Positions 1 to 6,860 of a stretch of 15,438 nt of DNA are shown here, piece after piece. How positions within the stretch are numbered: the stretch's first letter is position 1; each line of letters opens with the position of its first letter. The DNA is from Granulicella sp. (GTDB lineage Bacteria > Acidobacteriota > Terriglobia > Terriglobales > Acidobacteriaceae): positions 1 through 15,438 of the forward strand of contig DAHWNL010000058.1 in assembly GCA_027339965.1 (NCBI GenBank), in the 5' to 3' direction. The notes beneath the pieces were generated by a model, which was not told the origin of the DNA, did no database searches, and saw only the letters and a program-made list of their open reading frames with translations. The translations under genes were made by a program, and so were the position numbers.

Positions 1-139
1 AACGAAATGTGTTCTTCGGATTGTGCTTGGACAGCACCTTCGTGATCGCCGCCGTCAGCGTCGTCTTGCCATGATCGATGTGCCCGATCGTCCCTACGTT
101 GACATGCGGCTTGCTGCGATCAAATTTTTCCTTCGCCAT
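1..139 (-). CDS. tuf: Elongation factor Tu, 5' fragment (runs off the left edge)
   Basis: The reverse complement from ATG at 139 translates to [46 protein letters not shown], the canonical EF-Tu N-terminus with P-loop GHIDHGKT. It is absent from the ORF track because there is no stop codon in the window. Confidence 0.99.
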   Translation of the reverse strand, partial: MAKEKFDRSKPHVNVGTIGHIDHGKTTLTAAITKVLSKHNPKNTFR

Positions 140-382
140 GAGGACTCACTTTCTTTTGAAGATTCAATACTCCTATGTCTGTCCTGCAAACCTTCACCGC
201 AAAAGCCGGCTCTACGGTTCGCCCGCAGCCCGCCCTTTGCCGGTCCCGCTTGGAGTTCCAGAAGTCCCTTGGCCGGAGCCGCCGCGCGGGCAGAGTGCGA
301 TGGCTCTGCGTGGATGGCAGTCCCTTCGCCAAAAGGCGCCGCAGCACTCCCCATCCAGGCCGCGGAGTCCCGGAATGCGGCT

Positions 383-736
383 CTAGTAGTAAGCGTAAAT
401 CTTGAAGTACTTCTCCCGCAGGGGCATCTCCACCCTTTCGACCAAGGCCAGATACAGCTCGCGAACCAGCCCCTGATCCCCGGCGCCGAGTTGGGCATAG
501 GCAGCGGCTTCCGCGCTCAGCTTGCCGGCTTGCAGAATCTTCTCAAACTCGCGAATGCGCAGACCGGCGTGCTCGACCGAGCGCAAAAACTTCTCCACCT
601 TGCCGGGAGCAAAGGCATCCTCAAGGGCCTGCTTCACCTGGTCAAACCGGGCCGGGTCCAGGATGGTGATTGCCGGGCGCTCAAACAGGGCTGTGCTGCG
701 ATCTACGTGAAAATTCTGAGCCTGATTCTGAGCCAT
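383..736 (-). CDS. Hypothetical 117-aa soluble, probably helical protein between tRNA-Gly and tuf
   Basis: ORF MAQNQAQNFHVDR...REKYFKIYAYY has protein-like composition, unlike the Arg/Pro-rich shadow ORFs over it. AAGGA/GGA lies upstream of the ATG, and it is co-oriented with the tRNAs and tuf. Confidence 0.8.
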   Translation of the reverse strand: MAQNQAQNFHVDRSTALFERPAITILDPARFDQVKQALEDAFAPGKVEKFLRSVEHAGLRIREFEKILQAGKLSAEAAAYAQLGAGDQGLVRELYLALVERVEMPLREKYFKIYAYY

Positions 737-772
737 ATGCGTCGCGTCCGTCCTTAGCAGGTGCTGAAGATA

Positions 773-847
773 TGGAGCGGGAGACGGGAATCGAACCCGC
801 GACCAACAGCTTGGAAGGCTGTGACTCTACCACTGAGTTACTCCCGC
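773..847 (-). tRNA. tRNA-Gly(TCC)
   Basis: Reverse complement GCGGGAGTAACTCAGTGGTAGAGTCACAGCCTTCCAAGCTGTTGGTCGCGGGTTCGATTCCCGTCTCCCGCTCCA folds as a cloverleaf with anticodon loop CT-TCC-AA and an encoded CCA. Confidence 0.98.
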
Positions 848-890
848 CCGAACGACCGGGAAAGTCTCTGGCAGACCCTGCTGGGTGGTC

Positions 891-931
891 CTCCAGATCG
901 CTCCCGATCCTCTCCGGATCGCTCCGGATTC
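891..931. repeat. Imperfect 10-11-bp tandem repeat (CTCCnGATC) x4 in the Thr-Gly spacer
   Basis: ctccagatcg ctcccgatcct ctccggatcg ctccggattc. Confidence 0.6.
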
Positions 932-985
932 CACTGCGTAGCCCGCGGGGAGTTGCTCTCCCGCAGCGCGCAGCGTTGCAACAAA

Positions 986-1338
<353 letters not shown>

Positions 1339-1431
1339 TCCACGCCCTCGCTTCAAACCGTATGCCGCCCGGATGGGGCTGCGGGCCGCATCTCGGTGCG
1401 CAGATTCCATTCCAGAACAGACGGGCGTGGC

Positions 1432-1513
1432 CGGCAGCTTGCGCTGCTGGACACCCCAAACACGGCAGCTTGCGCTGCTGGAGATCCCAACTACGGCAGC
1501 TTACACTGCTGGA
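1432..1513 (-). repeat. Three tandem 31-bp-period repeats, each a GNRA-tetraloop hairpin, just 3' of tRNA-Tyr
   Basis: cggcagcttgcgctgctgga at 1432-1451 and 1463-1482, and cggcagcttacactgctgga at 1494-1513, separated by related 11-nt linkers (caccccaaaca, gatcccaacta). Confidence 0.9.
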
Positions 1514-1517
1514 AAGA

Positions 1518-1604
1518 TGGTGCACAGGGGAGGATTCGAACCTCCGTAACTCGAAGAGTGGCAGATTTACAGTCTGCTGCCATTAACCACTCGGCCACCT
1601 GTGC
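1518..1604 (-). tRNA. tRNA-Tyr(GTA)
   Basis: Reverse complement GCACAGGTGGCCGAGTGGTTAATGGCAGCAGACTGTAAATCTGCCACTCTTCGAGTTACGGAGGTTCGAATCCTCCCCTGTGCACCA has anticodon GTA, a long variable arm, A73 and CCA. Confidence 0.98.
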
Positions 1605-1827
1605 CCTGTTGGTAGCAACGCCCGGGCAGTGACTCCAACCGCTCGCCGCCATCCGGCACCCAGGCAAAGGCGACCACGCCTCTAAACCACGCATCCGGAG
1701 ATGCAAGGTCCTTTTGCCGGAGTTGTCGATGGCGAACGCTGCGCGAGGAGAAACTGGCAGGTGTTCGCATCCATTCCATCATCCACGACATCCAACTTGT
1801 CACTTGCCGCCGGCTGCCACGGAAAAC

Positions 1828-1903
1828 TGGAGCTGGCGAAGGGATTTGAACCCCCGACCGCCTGATTACAAATCAGGTGCTCTACCAGCTGAGCTACGCC
1901 AGC
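1828..1903 (-). tRNA. tRNA-Thr(TGT)
   Basis: Reverse complement GCTGGCGTAGCTCAGCTGGTAGAGCACCTGATTTGTAATCAGGCGGTCGGGGGTTCAAATCCCTTCGCCAGCTCCA has anticodon arm CCTGA-TTTGTAA-TCAGG and CCA. Confidence 0.98.
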
Positions 1904-1994
1904 CTGACCGCTCCAGGAACCCCGGCAGGCGCAAGCCGCCTGACCGGGCGCTAACAGCAAACGGCGCTCGTCAGAACGCCCGAGCGCAGCTCTC

Positions 1995-2005
1995 ACTTTA
2001 CCACA
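1995..2005 (-). promoter_or_regulatory. Candidate extended -10 promoter of the tRNA-tuf operon
   Basis: The minus strand reads TGTG-G-TAAAGT (TRTG plus a -10-like hexamer) about 90 nt upstream of tRNA-Thr(TGT). No good -35 element. Confidence 0.5.
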
Positions 2006-2046
2006 TCCCGCCACGGAGACGGCGAACCCGGGCCGCTCCCGCAGCC

Positions 2047-2090
2047 TGTGACCTAAGTCATACCGAAAGAGATGGTTGCCCGCCTAGAGT
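2047..2090 (+). promoter_or_regulatory. CRP/FNR-family binding site plus -10 element (class II promoter geometry)
   Basis: TGTGA-cctaag-TCATA at 2047-2062 matches TGTGA-N6-TCACA at 9 of 10 positions. TAGAGT is at 2085-2090, SD GGAGG at 2098-2102, and ATG at 2109. Confidence 0.65.
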
Positions 2091-2108
2091 GAAGAGCGGA
2101 GGGTAGCC

Positions 2109-3314
2109 ATGCCCACTCAAACCGCTCCACCCCCAACCGCCCAGACCGCATCCGGCAACCAGACCGCATCTGGTAACCAGACTGCATCCGGCAACCAGAC
2201 CGCATCCGGCAAGAAGCCCTTCATCCGCCGTCATCTCCAGGACGGCTCCCAGCGCCTGCGCCACACGGTGCAGATCGTCTTTCTGGCGCTGAATGTCTGG
2301 CTTGGGATCCAGTTCTATCTCTGGGTCCGCTACTTCGACAGCTATGGCAAGAGCCCTTACGTGAGCCGGCCGGCCGGAGTGGAGGGCTGGCTGCCCATCG
2401 CCGGGCTGATGAACCTGAAGTACTTTCTGATGACCCACCATCTTTCAGCCATTCATCCGGCAGCGATGTTTCTGCTGGCGGCCTTCCTGCTCTCCAGCCT
2501 GTTGCTGAAGAAGGCCTTCTGCGCCTGGCTGTGCCCGGTGGGCACGCTCTCTGAGGCCCTGTGGAATCTGGGCGAGCGTGGCCTGCGCCGCTTCGGCCTG
2601 CGCCCTCTGGCGTTTCCCCGCTGGCTGGACATCCCGCTGCGCAGCTTGAAGTATCTGCTGCTGGCGTTTTTTGTCTATGTGGTGGTGAGCATGCCCGCCG
2701 CCGGGCTGGAGCAGTTTCTGGAGGCTCCGTTTGGGATCATCGCCGACGTGAAGATGCTGAACTTCTTCCGCGAGATGGGAGTGGTGGGAATCAGCGTGCT
2801 GTTGACGCTGGCGCTGCTCTCGCTGGTGATCAAGAACGTCTGGTGCCGGTATCTGTGCCCTTACGGCGCGCTGATGGGGATCGTCTCCGCGCTCAGCCCG
2901 GTAAGGATCCGCCGCGACCCGGAGGCCTGCATCGACTGCAACAAGTGCAACCATGCCTGCCCTTCCCATCTTCCGGTGGCGCAACTGGTGACGATCCGCT
3001 CGCTGGAGTGCAGCAGTTGCCTGAGCTGCATCGCGGCCTGCCCGGCGGAGAATGCCCTGAACTACGCTCTGCCGCCGCGGCGGGCGCCCCAGGTTCCGCC
3101 GGCCGCCGAGGCCAACCCGGCGGCCAGGTCCCTGGCGCTCTCCAACGCGCGCTGGCGGCTGCGCACCCTGCAACCACGCGCCGTGGCGGCCCTTCTGGCG
3201 GTGATCTTCTTCGCCTTTGTCGCGATAGCACGGCTGACGCACCACTGGCAGACCGAGATTCCCAACTCCGTTTACCAGCAGTTGGTGCCCAACGCCGACC
3301 AGTTCAACCATTAG
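2109..3314 (+). CDS. Membrane-bound 4Fe-4S-binding polyferredoxin (NapH/MauN/YccM-like electron-transfer protein)
   Basis: Several TM segments, two CxxxCP motifs (FCAWLCPVG, WCRYLCPYG) and two ferredoxin motifs (CIDCNKCNHACP, CSSCLSCIAACP). Strong SD. Confidence 0.92.
   Translation: MPTQTAPPPTAQTASGNQTASGNQTASGNQTASGKKPFIRRHLQDGSQRLRHTVQIVFLALNVWLGIQFYLWVRYFDSYGKSPYVSRPAGVEGWLPIAGLMNLKYFLMTHHLSAIHPAAMFLLAAFLLSSLLLKKAFCAWLCPVGTLSEALWNLGERGLRRFGLRPLAFPRWLDIPLRSLKYLLLAFFVYVVVSMPAAGLEQFLEAPFGIIADVKMLNFFREMGVVGISVLLTLALLSLVIKNVWCRYLCPYGALMGIVSALSPVRIRRDPEACIDCNKCNHACPSHLPVAQLVTIRSLECSSCLSCIAACPAENALNYALPPRRAPQVPPAAEANPAARSLALSNARWRLRTLQPRAVAALLAVIFFAFVAIARLTHHWQTEIPNSVYQQLVPNADQFNH
2142..2213 (+). 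repeat. 18-bp in-frame tandem repeat x4 encoding QTASG(N/K)
   Basis: cagaccgcatccggcaac / cagaccgcatctggtaac / cagactgcatccggcaac / cagaccgcatccggcaag. Confidence 0.92.
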
Positions 3315-3456
3315 GAGTTGCGCTGCGGTTCCTCGGCTTGTTGCGAATGCGAGAGGCGTCCCCGGCTCCTGGCCGCCGATGCACCTCCGGTTCTCCTATC
3401 GGATCTCCGCATGGAGACGGGGACCTTGGCCGGCCATCTCTGGGTTGCCGGAGCCC

Positions 3457-3491
3457 TTGGAGCGGGAAGCACGGCGCGCTCTTTCCGCCAA
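3457..3491 (-). terminator. Candidate 3'-end hairpin immediately after the ppa stop, in a convergent intergenic region
   Basis: ttggagcgggaagc...gctctttccgccaa forms an imperfect stem with no clear U-tract. Confidence 0.35.
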
Positions 3492-3493
3492 CG

Positions 3494-4027
3494 CTAGCCC
3501 TTGCCGTTCTTCTCCTGGAAGGCTCGCTGCGCCTTCACGATCATCTGCCGCGCCGTGGCGGCGTCCTTCCACCCCCGAGCCTCCACGCGCTTACCCTCCA
3601 GGTCCTTGTAGATCGAGAAGAAGTGCTTGATGGCGCGCAGCGTATGCGGGTAGACCTCGGTGTACTCGGTGACGTCCTGGTAGCGCGGATTGCCGGCTCC
3701 TACGGCCAGGATCTTCTCATCCGGCTGGCCCTGGTCGATCATCTCCAGCACGCCGATGGGGCGCACCTCCTGCAGGCATCCGGTAAAGCTGGGCGCTTCC
3801 ACCAGCACCAGAACATCCAGCGGATCTCCGTCTTCAGCCAGGGTGCTGGGGATGAAGCCGTAGTCGCCGGGATAATGCACCGGTGAGTACAGGTTGCGGT
3901 CCAGGCGGAAGACGTGCAGCTTTTTGTCGTACTCATATTTGTTGATGCCGTCGAGCGGAATCTCGATGACGGCGTAGACCAGCTCCGGGGCGCGCTCACC
4001 GGCGGGCAGTTCCAAATAATTCAGCAT
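3494..4027 (-). CDS. ppa: Family I soluble inorganic pyrophosphatase
   Basis: MLNYLELPAGE...VIEIP...NKYEYDK...LDRNLYSPVHYPGDYGFIPSTLAEDGDPLDVLV...DEKIL...HFFSIYKDLEGK carries the DxDPxD signature. Start ATG 4027 gives 177 aa; the ORF-track extension to 4243 does not look protein-like. Confidence 0.97.
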   Translation of the reverse strand: MLNYLELPAGERAPELVYAVIEIPLDGINKYEYDKKLHVFRLDRNLYSPVHYPGDYGFIPSTLAEDGDPLDVLVLVEAPSFTGCLQEVRPIGVLEMIDQGQPDEKILAVGAGNPRYQDVTEYTEVYPHTLRAIKHFFSIYKDLEGKRVEARGWKDAATARQMIVKAQRAFQEKNGKG

Positions 4028-4104
4028 AGGCTTTGAACTCTCGTCTGTTTTCTTGTAATGAATGGCTCTCTTTCCAATGTCTCGTGAATCCGCCGCTCTT
4101 TTCA

Positions 4105-4148
4105 ATGGCTGACCCAGAATCGCTCCCAGTATGGCTGACCCAGAATCG
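4105..4148. repeat. 18-bp perfect direct repeat (period 26) in the divergent ppa/hemE intergenic region
   Basis: atggctgacccagaatcg at 4105-4122 and 4131-4148. Confidence 0.85.
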
Positions 4149-4398
4149 GCTCTCTGCAACCACTTGCCGGGGCTGCCGCGAGCTGCTTCTCCAGCCCGGG
4201 GCGTGCCGAGATGCCCACCTAGCCCGCAGGTGACCGCAGACACCGCGCAGGGCCGCTTGCATAGTCTATCCTCAGAAAGGTTGCCGCTCCTCGCCGCCGC
4301 GCAGATTGACGCTCTGCGGCGCTGTGGACGCGCCGGCCGCAGGATGCTGTGAAATGGCTGTGGATGCTAGGCTGGAAGGCGGGAGTCCTGATCGAATC

Positions 4399-5622
4399 TT
4401 GAACGCATCTGAAGCCAAACTGTCCGCATCTCCTGCGGCCTCCGCACCTCCCGCGCCGTCTCTGGCGCCACCCCCTGCGCCCAGCCACCTTCCCAAGGGC
4501 GGCAGCCGCTTTGTGCGCGCCTGCCTGCGGCAGCCGGTGGACCGCACCCCGGTGTGGTTTCTGCGCCAGGCCGGACGCTACATGCCGGAGTACATGGCTG
4601 TGCGCCGGCATCACTCCCTGCTGGAGATCTGCCGCACGCCGGAGATCGCCGCCGAGGTAACCATCACCGCGGCCGAGCGTCTGGGCGTGGACGCGGCCAT
4701 CATCTTCGCCGACCTGCTGCTTCCCCTCACTCCCATGGGTCTGGACTTTGAGTTCGTGGCCGGCGAAGGCCCCCAGATTCGCACCCCCATCCGCTCGCCG
4801 GAGCATGTGCAGGCGCTGCGCACGGACCGGGCCGAAGAGCTGGTCTACGTCGCCCGGGCCATCGAAAAGGTGGCCGCTCATTTCCGCGCTCCGCGGGCCG
4901 ATGGCGATCAGCTCGGCATCATCGGCTTCTGCGGAGCGCCGTTCACCCTTGCCAGCTACATGATCGAGGGCGGCAGCTCGCGCAACTACGTGGAAGCCAA
5001 AAGGATGATGTATGCCGGCGACGGTGCCTGGCCCCTGCTGATGGAGAAGCTGAACGCCGTTCTGGTGGCCTATGCGCAGCAACAGGTGGAGGCCGGCGCA
5101 GACTGCATCCAGATCTTCGACTCCTGGGTGGGCGCGCTCTCGGTAACCGACTATCGCCAGTTCTGTCTGGCCCCCACCACGGAGCTGGTGCAGCGCATCC
5201 AGGCCCTGGGCGTTCCCGTCATCTACTTCGGCGTGGAGACCGCCTCGCTGCTGCCCTCCATGGCCGAGACCCGGGCGGACGTGATCGGCCTGGACTGGCG
5301 GATTCCGCTGGATCAGGGCTGGCGAGCGGTCGGGCCAGGGTGCGGCGTGCAGGGTAATCTGGATCCCATCTCTCTGTTCGCTCCGCTGGAGGTTCTGGAG
5401 TCCCGCGTGCGGGAGATCCTTGCCCTGGCCGCCGGCCGCCCAGGACACATCTTCAATCTGGGCCACGGCATTGTCCCGGGAACCCCGGTGGAGAAGGTGA
5501 TCCAGGTGGTGCAGTGGGTTGGCCGGCTCAGCGCCTCCCGCCCGGCAGGGCCTGCTGAGCCCCGGAAAGAGAACGCCGAGCCTCGGAAAGAGGATTTTGT
5601 CGGCCGGCCAGCCGCCTTTTGA
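4399..5622 (+). CDS. hemE: Uroporphyrinogen decarboxylase
   Basis: Motifs PVWFLRQAGRYMPEY, AAIIFADLL, IGFCGAPFTLASYMIEG, QIFDSW, VQGNLDP and HIFNLGHG. The start is uncertain: TTG 4399 was chosen, and ATG 4354 and TTG 4306 are also in frame. Confidence 0.97.
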   Translation: MNASEAKLSASPAASAPPAPSLAPPPAPSHLPKGGSRFVRACLRQPVDRTPVWFLRQAGRYMPEYMAVRRHHSLLEICRTPEIAAEVTITAAERLGVDAAIIFADLLLPLTPMGLDFEFVAGEGPQIRTPIRSPEHVQALRTDRAEELVYVARAIEKVAAHFRAPRADGDQLGIIGFCGAPFTLASYMIEGGSSRNYVEAKRMMYAGDGAWPLLMEKLNAVLVAYAQQQVEAGADCIQIFDSWVGALSVTDYRQFCLAPTTELVQRIQALGVPVIYFGVETASLLPSMAETRADVIGLDWRIPLDQGWRAVGPGCGVQGNLDPISLFAPLEVLESRVREILALAAGRPGHIFNLGHGIVPGTPVEKVIQVVQWVGRLSASRPAGPAEPRKENAEPRKEDFVGRPAAF

Positions 5623-5638
5623 GGCATCCAAATCTTCT

Positions 5639-6847
5639 ATGAACGTCGATTCTCCATCCAGTCCAACTCCCGCAGCGCAGAGCCTGCCCGGCGCCAACCC
5701 TGTCCGCAGCGCGACGCTGCTGCTGGCCCACGGCACCCCAGATCGGCTGAGCGAGATGGCCGAGTATCTGAAGAAGGTGACCGGCGGCCGGCCCATGCCA
5801 CAGCACGTCATCGAAGAGTTACAGCAGCGTTACGCCCAGATTGGCCTGACCGACTCGATGCCCGGCCTGGGCGAGGACGGTCTGCCTCTGGGCCCGCCGC
5901 TGACGCGCTGGACGCTGCTGCAAGCGCGGCTGCTGCAAGAGCGGCTGCTGCAAACCCAGCCGCAGACGGCGCAGAGCGTGCGCGTCTATGTGGCCATGCG
6001 CAACTGGCGGCCGTCCATCGCCGAGGTGGTGGCGCAGATGAAGGCTGACGGCATCCAGCGCGCGCGCGCGCTGTGCCTGGCGCCACAGAACTCCCGCACC
6101 TCCACGGGGCTCTATCGCCGCGCCCTGATGGCCGCGGTGGGCTCCAGCTTCAGCGTGGACTTCATCGCCGGCTGGGCCGATGAGCCGCTGCTGGCGCAGG
6201 CATTTGCCGAGCGCCTGTGGCCGGCGTGGGCTGAGGCCTGCGCCGTCATCGGCTCCCGCGTTCCCATTCTCTTCACGGCCCACGCCGTGCCCTGCCGGAC
6301 CATCATGACCCCAGCTCCTGCGCCGCTCTCGAACCAGCCCGAGGACCGGTATGGAGCGGTCGTCTCCGCCGACGGCATGCAGGACTACGGCAACCTCCAG
6401 ACGCCGGACTCGTATCCGGTGGAGTGCAAGCAGACCGCGCTGGCGATTGCGGCGGCGCTGCGGCCGGTGGGCCTTACGGAGGCGGACTGGTTCTTCGCCT
6501 TCCAGTCGCAGGGCATCGCCGGAGCTCCCTGGATCGGCCCCACCGTGCCGGACACGCTGCAGGCGCTGGCCGCCTCCGGCTACAAGGGCGTGGTGGTGCA
6601 GCCGGTGGGCTTTCTCTGCGATCACGTGGAGATCCTCTACGACATCGACATCGACTTCAAGCAGCAGGCCGCGGCTCTTGGCCTGCAACTTTGGCGAGCG
6701 GAGAGCCTGAACGACTCTCCCACGCTGATCCGCGCCATGCAGGCAGCGCTCCATCGCCCGGCTGCGCGGCCTTCCGCGCAAAGCGAGCCTGCGCCCATGC
6801 AGAGCGCGGCTCACGAGCACGGGCGGCCATCCCGGGCCAAGGCGTAA
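5639..6847 (+). CDS. hemH: Ferrochelatase (HemH/CpfC family)
   Basis: Motifs LLLAHGTP, AMRNWRP, FTAH, FQSQG..PWIGP and PVGFLCDHVEILYDID. ATG 5639 lies 16 nt after the hemE stop. Confidence 0.95.
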   Translation: MNVDSPSSPTPAAQSLPGANPVRSATLLLAHGTPDRLSEMAEYLKKVTGGRPMPQHVIEELQQRYAQIGLTDSMPGLGEDGLPLGPPLTRWTLLQARLLQERLLQTQPQTAQSVRVYVAMRNWRPSIAEVVAQMKADGIQRARALCLAPQNSRTSTGLYRRALMAAVGSSFSVDFIAGWADEPLLAQAFAERLWPAWAEACAVIGSRVPILFTAHAVPCRTIMTPAPAPLSNQPEDRYGAVVSADGMQDYGNLQTPDSYPVECKQTALAIAAALRPVGLTEADWFFAFQSQGIAGAPWIGPTVPDTLQALAASGYKGVVVQPVGFLCDHVEILYDIDIDFKQQAAALGLQLWRAESLNDSPTLIRAMQAALHRPAARPSAQSEPAPMQSAAHEHGRPSRAKA

Positions 6848-6860
6848 AATCTTTCTAAAC

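Noticed and set aside
1432..1513. CRISPR mini-array interpretation of the palindromic repeats
   Set aside because: The repeats are 20 bp, the spacers are only 11 nt and resemble each other, there are no cas genes, and the array lies inside a tRNA precursor.
2445..3886. ORFs 2561-3886 (+) and 2445-3311 (-)
   Set aside because: They are alternative-frame or antisense overlaps of the polyferredoxin and ppa, Arg/Pro/Gly-rich and without motifs.
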